Of a stretch of DNA of 64,000 nt, positions 53,153 to 64,000 are shown piece after piece. How positions within the stretch are numbered: position 1 is the stretch's first letter; each line of letters starts with the position of its first letter. The notes below the pieces were generated by a model. That model was not told the origin of the DNA. It ran no database searches and saw nothing but the letters and a program-made list of their open reading frames with translations. The translations under genes were made by a program, and so were the position numbers. The stretch comes from Macrostomum lignano (taxonomy: Eukaryota): positions 372,001-436,000 of the forward strand of contig NIVC01000284.1 in the NCBI GenBank assembly GCA_002269645.1, given 5' to 3'.

Positions 53153-53159
53153 TTTTATA
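53153..53159 (-). promoter_or_regulatory. Candidate TATA box of the peptide gene
   Basis: The minus strand reads GCTATAAAAGGCG, about 155 nt upstream of the UTR-exon splice donor at 52998. Confidence 0.5.
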
Positions 53160-53741
53160 GCTGAATTTTGGGCTAGTAAGCAAAAAATGCTTTGCTTTTA
53201 GCTTTTGCGATCCCTTAGCCCTTTTTGAGTGTGTTAGCGCAGCGTCTTTCTCCAAAAAAATTTGAAATAGCTACCTGCTCAAAATTTAATATCAGTGTAC
53301 CATTTTTCAAATAATGAGAAATTTCTCGGACTACTTTTTACTTCTTACTTTTTGTTTGGGCAAGTTTTCAAATTTATATGATTTTACCTTATTATTCCAT
53401 TTAGAAAAAGATATTCTCAGTGAATTAAAAAAAACCCTTGAAACATTTCGAATTTCGAAAACGAATTCCGATCTCTGACTCTTTTGGTTGAACCGTAAAT
53501 ATTATAGAAAAAAATATTGAATTCATAAGTTTTTTTTAACTTGAAACGAATTGCACAGGTTTGATTTTTATTTTCTGCAAAATATCAGTCGAAATTAAAA
53601 ATGTAATTTTGCCTTTACGATCCACGGTGCTCATAAATACTTGAACTGCATTTTAGATAAACTTCTTTCACCGTCGACAGACACCCTCTGAAACACCTGT
53701 ACACATTAAAGAAGCAATTGAGGCACCTTCCGTGTCCAGAT

Positions 53742-54450
53742 GCACAAGTGACGCATGGTTGGTGATCGGTGAGGTGCACAAGTGACTCATGGTTGGTGAT
53801 CGGTGAGGTGCACAAGTGACTCATGGCTGGTGATCGGTGAGGTGCACAAGTGACTCATGGTTGGTGATCGGTGAGGTGCACAAGTGACTCATGGTTGGTG
53901 ATCGGTGAGGTGCACAAGTGACTCATGGCTGGTGATCAGTGAGGTGCACAAGTGACTCATGGTTTGTGATCAGTGAGGGGCACAAGTGACTCATGGTTGC
54001 ATGGTGATCGGTGAGGTGCACAAGTGACTCATGGTTGGTGATCGGTGAGGTGCACAAGTGACGCATGGTTGGTGATCGGTGAGGTGCACAAGTGACGCAT
54101 GGTTGGTGATCGGTGAGGTGCACAAGTGACTCATGGTTGGTGATCGGTGAGAGGCACAAGTGACGCATGGTTGGTGATCGGTGAGAGGCACAAGTGACTC
54201 ATGGTTGGTGATCGGTGAGGTGCACAAGTGACGCATGGTTAGTGATCGGTGAGGTGCACAAGTGACTCATGGTTGGTGATCGGTGAGAGGCACAAGTGAC
54301 GCATGGTTGGTGATCGGTGAGAGGCACAAGTGACTCATGGTTGGTGATCGGTGAGGTGCACAAGTGACGCATGGTTGGTGATCGGTGAGGTGCACAAGTG
54401 ACGCATGGTTAGTGATCGGTGAGGTGCACAAGTGACTCATGGTTGGTGAT
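53742..54450. repeat. 34-bp TGACTCA-containing satellite, about 21 units (same family as 11495-13520)
   Basis: Direct reading. Confidence 0.95.
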
Positions 54451-55334
54451 TATACCGGGATTTTTTTATGATGTTGAAAACACCGGTTATTTTCTTCCTT
54501 CAGACAGTGATCGGTGAGAAAGCTAGCTTTCATGGCGATGCTTTTCCATTCGCTTCCATTCACAAGCAACAAAGTTCAGAACTGGCTGAGATGCTGCTAC
54601 TGTTCTCTTACTCCCTCACGGCTCGCTGTAGCCGATGTCTGTGGTACTCACCCATTCTTACAAAAGAGATTTCAGCCAGTTCTGAAGTTCTGTTTCTGTA
54701 GCTCATGACTCGTTTTTGGGTACCCGTCAGATCCGTTGCCACTGCATGCAATGTTGTAGAGTCGTTAAAAGAAAACTAAAAAGGAATTTCCGGCTGCAGC
54801 TTTGGCACTTTATGCTAAACCCTCCACTCCGTAATAAAAAAATAGTCTGTACTAAGCATGAATAATGAATTATGACTAAAAATTAATTTTATTTATCTAT
54901 TTTATGAGCTGGATGCAAGCATGTAGTAGAATTTTACTTCCATATGCTAAAAATTTTCAAACGGTCGGGTTGTGTCCAATCTGACGTTGGGCATCGCTAG
55001 TTCTTGTACTGCTAGTTGGCTTTCGAGTTTTTTGTCCTACTCAAACACAACCTACAAGTAATTCTCCGGGAAAACAAGCTACATGTACTAGCTGACAGTA
55101 AAGTGTAGTTGATTATAAAGCACTATTGCTGCTTCCAATTGCTGATTGGCGATTAGAGTGGAGTCGGGACAGCCCATGCATCCTCAATCTGTGATTTTTG
55201 CTGTCCGAATTTCATATACACACCTGATTGTCACGCTTCAGAGAGAGACAATAAAGCTGAAGTTCTTTGACTTAGATAGCAGTTGCTCCGTATGTATTCC
55301 TCCGTATGTCCGTAACTGTATGGAACTGGCATTA

Positions 55335-55425
55335 CACACGTGTAGCTATATGGTACGGCCCTTTTTTCACTACTAAAGTTCGAACCCAGGTCGCCGGATT
55401 AGCAGTTCAGTAGTCTGTTCACATC
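55335..55425 (-). mobile_element. tRNA-like SINE head or tRNA pseudogene
   Basis: The minus strand reads GCTAGCCTGGATG...CTGCTAATCCGGCGACCTGGGTTCGAACT with a T-arm/B-box. The acceptor stem does not pair well. Confidence 0.35.
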
Positions 55426-57222
55426 CAGGCTAGCTCTCATCGATTTGATAACATGATTCGTAGCACTTATAATTCGACTCTAATCAAGTCGGTTTTAGTA
55501 AAACTACGCTAGTTTTGTATAGTCGGTTTTGTATACTACTAGTCCAAGTATTATTCCTAGTCGAAAAGACCTCAATAGTCACAGAGAGCACACAAATACT
55601 GGTTCAATTACCGCTATTAGCTCTGTGGGTCCAAGATTGCCTAAATCAGTTTTGAAATATGTCTGAACCAATTGCATATTGGTAATGGTGTTGAGTGATC
55701 TATTCAGCCCTCAGTGCGGGTGAACCCTTCATTGCACCTTTCCTCACGTGTCCGCCGACCCCCGCTTTGCTAAATTTTAAGAAGTTTTCGCGCATCGCCC
55801 CACCCCCTTTCCGTGTGATTGGCTGAGCTGCCCGCCTAGCGTTCCCCATTACTCAGTTGTGATTTGTTCTTTACGTACGCTCTCGTGCCGGCCAATCGGC
55901 GGCCGAGAAATGGCTGTGGCTCCAAACCACAAGGGTTTAGGGGTGGGGTTGTGCGTGATAAATATAAATATGAGTTGAAGTAGAGTGAGGAAGAGCGCAC
56001 CCTTTTAGAACCTATCTCGACGACTCAATCTAGGAACTTGGCACTAATACGAGTATTAGAAACCTCTCGGCCGCTCTGCTTCGCTTCCACCCGCTTTATT
56101 TGCGTGGGAATAACTGCCTTCGGAAACGCTCCATTTGTGGGATCTAGGGACGGACCGGCTCAGTGTTCGACGCGATTTAACGCTGAGATATTGGAGTCGG
56201 TCCGGCCAGAGGGCTGAAGCGACCCTTAGCTCGTCCGCTGAAGGGGATTCTGTGTCACACTAGATCAGGCTAAGTCACAACAATGGTGTAATGTGAGCAT
56301 CTTACGTGAATTACTCGTAATTGCTGAATTATTATAGTTATTGCTAAATTATTAATTGTTACATGTACTTTATTCTATTTTAGTCATACTTTTCAAAGTG
56401 CATTGTCAGTTCAGAGTTTTTTATTTCGAAATAGTTGGCCACAATTTCAGAACCAGTTGGCCAAACAGAGGGGTTGAAGCGACCTGCAACTCATCAACGT
56501 ATCCCAGTTTTGCGCGGCCAGCCAATCAGAATTGGTCTGGACCCGGTGTCATGTCTTAAAAAAATCCTGCGTTGTTTTATTCGGCTGAATGAAACAAGAC
56601 GACAAACGCATTTGGCCAAATACTTTTCAGTTATCCAAACTCATTCGGTCATCTTGAATTCTCTCACTCACTGAGCAGAAACTATCTTATGCTTTATTTA
56701 ATTCGTCCTAAAATATTCCGACAGCATTGCGAGTAGACAATAAATTATTACTGCAAAGCAAATTGCAACAAAAAGACAACAATCGAGAACTGAATGAATA
56801 TTGTACCCGTACACAATATTAATTAATGCACTTTATAATACTCGTATTATAACGCTGGATGTGAAAAATACGAGTAAATTAACCACAAATAGCTAATCTA
56901 GCCTGTCCTCAAGATAAATCCTGCACGTTATACAAAGAAACGCAAATAAATTTCGAGTTAGCTATATGTTGAATTATCAAACTTCCTTATCGTTTAAGTC
57001 ATACTCTCTAGATCTTCCATTAAGTTTACATTGCTCTAAATCACAAAGTTTATAGTGAGTCAAGTTAAAAACCTTTTTTAGTCTCTAGTTCAAACCAAGT
57101 ACTTTAGATGACGCCAATTTGAACTTGTGCAGCAATTATTTTAATATTATTTTACAAGAGCCTAAAATACTCTTAAAATATTAGAAATTCTTTAAATCAC
57201 CAATTCGTGGTATTTCTTCAGG

Positions 57223-57735
57223 TCATTGATTGCTGTACATTTCCCTTTCGAGTCCGTACAGGTTGTTGTCTAGGACGACACGTTCGACCGTGTAAACCTT
57301 GGTACACCACGATGTATTCAGTTCGCCGCCTTTCCGATCGTAACGGAAAAAGTTCCGCAGCAGCACCTTGTCACCGACTTTAAAGCTGAGGCTGCTGGTA
57401 GACGCGTACTTCTGAACGTACGAGCGCGATCTTGCAGATTTTGTCCTGTCGTCCCTGTGAAATCGCCCTGCAGCTTCGATGGGTTGGACTTTATCCCCTG
57501 ATGAGCTCCTCCAGTAGCAGAGGTGCGATCTTCTTTGATCAATCGACAAATCTTTTTGATCTTTCGCCTCCAGGCGACGCTCCGTACGTTGACCGATGGA
57601 GCTTCTTCTAACATCATAGAACAGCTGCTGGCCCTCGTACCTCAAGTTGCGCTCCTTTTGTCGAACCTTGCTTTTGAAGTTGTTCTTCTCCTTTGTTGTT
57701 GTCGAAGACGCAAAGATGTCGTTCGTATGCACCAC
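57223..57735 (-). mobile_element. Internally deleted Gypsy-type integrase remnant (GIN/Ginger-like)
   Basis: N-terminal TGGAHQGIKS (Zn-binding start, in the alternative frame) and C-terminal FKVGDKVLLRNF...RKGGEL..SW...YTV (GPY/F-like module). No DDE core is seen between them. Confidence 0.5.
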
Positions 57736-59006
57736 TAAGCAAGTAAAGTTTTATATCGGAATACGCGACAGACATACTTATGTCTGTCTAGTGTAGTCGA
57801 TATGTTTAAACTTTCAGCTATTTATAGGCAACGTGTTGCGTAACAAAATTTACAATGGTACATATACTGTCTAGTTTAGATGTACTAAAAGTCAGAGAAC
57901 TTTGAAATTTTGTTAACAGCCCTGCAGACAAGAATGCGCGGCTGTAAAAAAATTCGGCAGTATTCATTTCAAGGTGATATCAGATCACGGCTTAAACTGT
58001 GATTATTGACAGGTTTTTAATCTCGTAAACCCCAGAGAGAAATCAGCCTCTCAAGAAGTCATGCGCTTGGCATGACTTATGTCGTGCCATATCCAACCTG
58101 GGCCCAGATAAAATAACGCATCCAAAGTTGTTCAGCCAAATACTTTTCTGCCTAGAATAATGGCTGGCATAACACCTGACAAAAGTCTATCCGGCCTGAA
58201 AGCACGCCGCGGGCCCAGTGCAAACGGGATTACCAACCGGCCAGCCAGACCAAGGATGATAGATAACAACTGGATTGTCAAACTACTCCACCTAAAAGGG
58301 TTGAATGTAGGGGGGGGGCATCACAAACCCTAAATATCACATTCTCGAAAATCCAAAATGCAGGCTTCATCATAATCCCTCTTTATCATATGATGGGGCT
58401 TGTCACAGTTTTCGAGAATATGATATTTCGGAGTTGTGATATTCAGGGTTTATGATGGGAGGTGCGTTTCGAGGTTGTGATTTTTAGGGGTTTATGATGG
58501 CGCTTCATATCGGGTAATGTTGTGATAGAAAACTGCAGTTGGATACAGTAGCTATATTTACAGTACTGCGCAATAATAATTTCATCACAAGTACCATTTG
58601 TGATGAGTCAAGGTAGGTTACATTGTTTAAGAAAAGTTAGGAGGATGAAAGCAAAAAAATCAAAGTCTAGGCTTACTAGACTTTAAAATTTACCATCTTT
58701 CTGCATCTAGATTATTGCCTTAAGATGCCGATTGTGTCGGCGAAACATGTCGCTTGAACATGAAAGAAATTGCGATTTGGTGTTATTTGATGCGATTTGA
58801 TGTAATAGGAATAAATTATGAATGATGACTATTTTGTTCCGTAACATTTAAGCTTCAGGAAAATTGCGAGTAAATCGACACAAAAACATTGGAATTGCCA
58901 GAGTTTTAGAAAAAAGTAGACTTGGTTTTATAAAGATGCGAATACCTTTTGCAACTACGTCAGCAATAAACATATTTAAAATACGTCTGAAAATCAAATC
59001 AAAAAG

Positions 59007-59456
59007 ATGAGCGGCGATGATAACGAGGATACGAGATTGATGGAATTATTCACCCAGCAATTCGAACGCTTTGAAGACAGTGGATTGAAAAATGAATACC
59101 GTTTTGCGACTGTTAAATATCCATCGATTCAAGGTCGCATAAAACTCGTTTTGTTCATAGTCAACAAGGTGGCTGGCCAAGATTCCCGGGATCAGTTTGC
59201 TGTCAGCTGTCACCATTTAGAAGTGGTGAAGTTTCTTGTGGAGACAGTCGCTGACCAAAGTGAGAGAGATCAGTGCTGCAAGGAAGCTGCGGAATCTGCT
59301 GCATCGAGTGGTTATTTAGAAGTGGTGACGTATCTTGTGGGGACAGTCGCTGACCAAAGTGAGAGAGATGAGTGCTGCCGAGAGGCTGCTATTTTTGCAA
59401 GCCAGCACACGGAAGTTTTGCGGTTACTACTGAAGACGGAAGCCAGAAATTTATGA
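59007..59456 (+). CDS. Short ankyrin-like repeat protein, 149 aa; paralog of 32897-35749 with about 2 repeats
   Basis: The N-cap MSGDDNEDTRLMELFTQQFERFEDSGLKNE matches MSSDEDDDTRLLESFTQQLERIEDSSLKNE. It contains the same repeat unit, and its C-cap EVLRLLLKT matches EVLQCLLKT. The upstream flank also matches (AAATCGACACAAAAA). Confidence 0.7.
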   Translation: MSGDDNEDTRLMELFTQQFERFEDSGLKNEYRFATVKYPSIQGRIKLVLFIVNKVAGQDSRDQFAVSCHHLEVVKFLVETVADQSERDQCCKEAAESAASSGYLEVVTYLVGTVADQSERDECCREAAIFASQHTEVLRLLLKTEARNL

Positions 59457-59984
59457 TGGAGCTGTCAAAGAACTGCGGAATTGGAACTGTGGAAGGCAGG
59501 ATCAAATTAAGTTAGAAATGAATTCAGATGTACGAAAAGCGCGGTTCGGAGGTAGTTAATCATTTCGAATCCATGTTAGGTGTGGAAACGCTTGCTGTTT
59601 TCCAAGAATTTATGAGCTTTTGCTAATTTTGAGTTCTTGTCCAAAATTGTATTATTAATCATCAATTAAATATTGGATTATTTCAAGTGTTTGGATCTTT
59701 TAATAATGCCGTTCCTGCCACAGGAACAGGTTTAGCACCACAACACAATCTGAATTTGTTTGTACCTTTTCTTTTGCAGGGTATTTTTCACGAATATTCT
59801 GTGCAGAAGCAGCTTTGCCTTTACTTGTTGCAGCACCTCCAAACACAAATGGAAGTACAAGATGCAAAAATGAAAACTACTGCTCAGGGGCGTCACCATG
59901 GATTTTATGGTGGGGGGGGGGACAAAGCCAAGAATTCGACATGTACATGTACATTATTTACATTATTTTGAATCGGTGTTGTCA

Positions 59985-62900
59985 GTGCTCATTTTGGCGC
60001 CGCAGGCATTTATTTTGGCGCCACAGGAACTCATTTTAGCGCCGCAGGCACTCATTTTTACGCCGCAGGCACTCATTTTAACGCCGCAGGAACTCATTTT
60101 AGTGCCGCAGGCACTCATTTTAACGCCGCAGGCACTCAGTTTAGCGCCGCAGGCACTCATTTTAGCGCCGCAGGCACTCATTTTAGCGCCGCAGGCACTC
60201 GTTTTAGCGCCGCAGGCACTCATTTTGGCGCCGCAGGCACTCATTTTAGCGCCGCAGGCACTCATTTTAACGCCGCAGGCACTCAGTTTAGCGCCGCAGG
60301 CACTCATTTTAGCGCCGCAGGAACTCATTTTAGCGCCGCAGGCACTCATTTTACCGCCGCAGGCACTCATTTTGGCGCCGCAGGCACTCATTTTGGCGCC
60401 GCAGGCACTCATTTTGGCACCACAGGAACTCATTTTGGCGCCGCAGGCACTCATTTTGACGCCGCAGGCACTCATTTTAGCACCGCAGGCACTCATTTTA
60501 GCGCCGCAGGCACTCATTTTAGCGCCGCAGGCACTCATTTTAGCGCCGCAGGCACTTATTTTAGCGCCGCAGGCACTCATTTTGACGCCGCAGGCACTCA
60601 TTTTGGCACCGCAGGCACTCATTTTGGCACCGCAGGCACTCATTTTGACGCCGCAGGCACTCATTTTAGCGCCGCAGGCACTCATTTTAGCGCCGCAGGC
60701 ACTCATTTTGGCGCCGCAGGAACTCATTTTAGCGCCGCAGGCACTTATTTTAGCGCCGCAGGCACTCATTTTGACGCCGCAGGCACTCATTTTGGCACCG
60801 CAGGCACTCATTTTGACGCCGCAGGCACTCATTTTAGCGCAAATGGCACTCAGTTTAGCGCCGCAGGCACTCATTTTAGCGCCGCAGGCACTCATTTTGG
60901 CGCCGCAGGCACTCATTTTAGCGCCGCAGGCACTTATTTTAGCGCCGCAGGCACTCATTTTAGCGCCGCAGACACTCATTTTAGCACCGCAGACACTCAT
61001 TTTAGCGCCGCAGGCACTCATTTTGGCGCCGCAGGAACTCATTTTAGCACCGCAGGCACTCATTTTAGCGCCGCAGGCACTCATTTTGACGCCGCAGGCA
61101 CTCATTTTAGCGCAAATGGCACTCAGTTTAGCGCCGCAGGAACTCATTTTGGCGCCGCAGGCACTCATTTTAGCGCAAATGGCACTCAGTTTAGCGCCGC
61201 AGGAACTCATTTTGGCGCCGCAGGCACTCATTTTAGCGCCGCAGGCACTCATTTTGGCGCCGCAGGCACTCATTTTAGCGCCGCAGGCACTTATTTTAGC
61301 GCCGCAGGCACTCATTTTAGCGCCGCAGACACTCATTTTAGCACCGCAGACACTCATTTTAGCGCCGCAGGCACTCATTTTGGCGCCGCAGGAACTCATT
61401 TTAGCACCGCAGGAACTCATTGTAGCGCCGCACCGTTTTGGCGCCGCAGGCATTTTTTTGGCGCCACAGGAACTCATTTTGGCGCCGCAGGAACTCATTT
61501 TAGCGCAAATGGCACTCAGTTTAGCGGCACAGGCACTCATTTTAGCGCCGCAGGCACTCATTTTAGCGCCGCAGGCACTCATTTTAGCACCGCAGGCACT
61601 CATTTTGGCGCCGCAGGCACTCATTTTGACGCCGCAGGCACTCATTTTAGCGGCACAGGCACTCATTTTAGCGCCGCAGGCACTCATTTTAGCGTCGCAG
61701 GCACTCATTTTAGCGCCGCAGGCACTCATTTTAGCGCCGCAGGCACTCATTTTGGCGCCGCAGGCACTCATTTTGGCACCACAGGAACTCATTTTGGCGC
61801 CGCAGGCACTCATTTTGACGCCGCAGGCACTCATTTTAGCACCGCAGGCACTCATTTTAGCGCCGCAGGCACTCATTTTAGCGCCGCAGGCACTCATTTT
61901 GGCGCCGCAGGCACTCATTTTAGCGCAAATGCACTCATTTTAGCGCCGCAGGCACTCATTTTAGCACCGCAGACACTCATTTTAGCGCCGCAGGCACTCA
62001 TTTTAGCACCGCAGGCACTCATTTTAGCGCCGCAGGCACTCGTTTTGGCGCCGCAGGCATTTTTTTGGCGCCACAGGCACTCATTTTGGCGCCGCAGGCA
62101 CTCATTTTAGCGCCGCAGGCACTCATTTTAGCGCCGCAGGCACTCATTTTGGCGCCGCAGGAACTCATTTTAGCGGAAATGGCACTCATTTTATCGCTGC
62201 AGGCACTCAGTTTAGCGCCGCAGGCACTCATTTTGGCGCCGCAGACACTCATTTTGGCGCCGCAGACACTCATTTTGGCACCACAGGAACTTATTTTAGC
62301 ACCGCAGGCACTCATTTTAGCGCCGCAGGCACTTATTTTAGCGCCGCAGGCACTCATTTTGGCGCCGCAGGCATTTATTTTGGCGCCACAGGAACTCATT
62401 TTGGCGCCGCAGACACTCATTTTGGCGCCGCAGGCACTCATTTTAGCGCCGCAGGCACTTATTTTAGCGCCGCAGGCACTCATTTTGACGCCGCAGGCAC
62501 TCATTTTGGCACCGCAGGCACTCATTTTGACGCCGCAGGCACTCATTTTAGCGCAAATGGCACTCAGTTTAGCGCCGCAGGAACTCATTTTGGCGCCGCA
62601 GGCACTCATTTTAGCGCCGCAGGCACTCATTTTGGCGCCGCAGGCACTCATTTTGGCGCCGCAGGCACTCATTTTAACGCCGCAGGCACTCATTTTAGCG
62701 CCGCAGGCACTCATTTTAGCGCCGCAGGCACTTATTTTAGCGCCGCAGGCACTCATTTTAGCGCCGCAGACACTCATTTTAGCACCGCAGACACTCATTT
62801 TAGCGCCGCAGGCACTCATTTTGGCGCCGCAGGAACTCATTTTAGCACCGCAGGCACTCATTTTAGCGCCGCAGGCACTCATTTTGACGCCGCAGGCACT

Positions 62901-64000
62901 CATTTTAGCGCAAATGGCACTCAGTTTAGCGCCGCAGGAACTCATTTTGGCGCCGCAGGCACTCATTTTAGCACCGCAGACACTCATTTTAGCGCCGCAG
63001 GCACTCATTTTGGCGCCGCAGGAACTCATTTTAGCACCGCAGGAACTCATTTTAGCGCCGCACCGTTTTGGCGCCGCAGGCATTTTTTTGGCGCCACAGG
63101 AACTCATTTTGGCGCCGCAGGAACTCATTTTAGCGCAAATGGCACTCAGTTTAGCGGCACAGGCACTCATTTTAGCGCCGCAGGCACTCATTTTAGCGCC
63201 GCAGGCACTCATTTTAGCACCGCAGGCACTCATTTTGGCGCCGCAGGCACTCATTTTGACGCCGCAGGCACTCATTTTGGCGCCGCAGGCACTCATTTTA
63301 GCGCAAATGCACTCATTTTAGCGCCGCAGGCACTCATTTTAGCACCGCAGACACTCATTTTAGCGCCGCAGGCACTCATTTTAGCACCGCAGGCACTCAT
63401 TTTAGCGCCGCAGGCACTCGTTTTGGCGCCGCAGGCATTTTTTTGGCGCCACAGGCACTCATTTTGGCGCCGCAGGCACTCATTTTAGCGCCGCAGGCAC
63501 TCATTTTGACGCCGCAGGCACTCATTTTAGCGGCACAGGCACTCATTTTAGCACCGCAGGCACTCATTTTAGCGCCGCAGGCACTCATTTTGGCGCCGCA
63601 GGCACTCATTTTGGCGCCGCAGGCACTCATTTTAACGCCGCAGGCACTCATTTTAGCGCCGCAGGCACTCATTTTGGCGCCGCAGGAACTCATTTTAGCG
63701 GAAATGGCACTCATTTTATCGCTGCAGGCACTCAGTTTAGCGCCGCAGGCACTCATTTTGGCGCCGCAGACACTCATTTTGGCACCACAGGAACTTATTT
63801 TAGCACCGCAGGCACTCATTTTAGCGCCGCAGGCACTTATTTTAGCGCCGCAGGCACTCATTTTGGCGCCGCAGGCATTTATTTTGGCGCCACAGGAACT
63901 CATTTTGGCGCCGCAGACACTCATTTTGGTGCCGATGGCACTTTTTTGAGCGGCGCGGGCACCATTTAGGCGCCGCAGACACTCATTTTAGCGCCGCAGA
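59985..64000. repeat. 21-bp satellite (TTTTAGCGCCGCAGGCACTCA)n, more than 4 kb, continuing off the window end
   Basis: Direct reading. It gives rise to the PQALILA and MSACGAK ORFs on both strands. Confidence 0.97.

Noticed and set aside
58319-58500. Imperfect inverted repeats (CATCACAAACCCTAAATATCACATTCTCGAAAA versus its complement)
   Set aside because: Probably a small MITE, but the boundaries and target-site duplication could not be defined by eye.
59898-63949. 681-aa and 651-aa ORFs on opposite strands (PQALILA / MSACGAK)
   Set aside because: The 21-bp unit is a multiple of 3 and stop-free in two frames. Variation is not codon-patterned, and the same array continues through frame breaks, so it is treated as a non-coding satellite.

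Overview
Repeat-rich eukaryotic (invertebrate animal) DNA with GT-AG introns, many satellites and decayed transposons. The style resembles the flatworm Macrostomum, but that is an inference. There are no prokaryotic operons, CRISPR arrays or rRNA genes. Embedded in the repeats is what looks like an innate-immunity or defence gene cluster. (1) Two paralogous ankyrin-repeat + cGAS-like (Mab-21/cGLR) nucleotidyltransferase genes point away from each other: A on the minus strand at 22829-27248 (3 exons, 1374 aa, soluble C-terminus) and B on the plus strand at about 39695-43424 (same intron positions, C-terminal transmembrane tail, one frameshift, 5' end unresolved). (2) An ankyrin-only gene at 32897-35749 has 22 near-identical 99-bp repeats that vary mostly at the predicted binding-surface positions, and a short paralog at 59007-59456 has only about 2 repeats. 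(3) Two spliced prepropeptide genes are missed by the ORF track: an intact one at 52519-52860 and a frameshifted one at 10396-10751. They share a signal peptide and acidic pro-region but have unrelated mature peptides, and each has a 34-bp satellite carrying AP-1 (TGACTCA) sites upstream. There is also an orphan 409-aa ORF, plus piggyBac, Gypsy, LINE, SINE and GIN/Ginger-like remnants. Most long ORFs in the supplied track are satellite artefacts.
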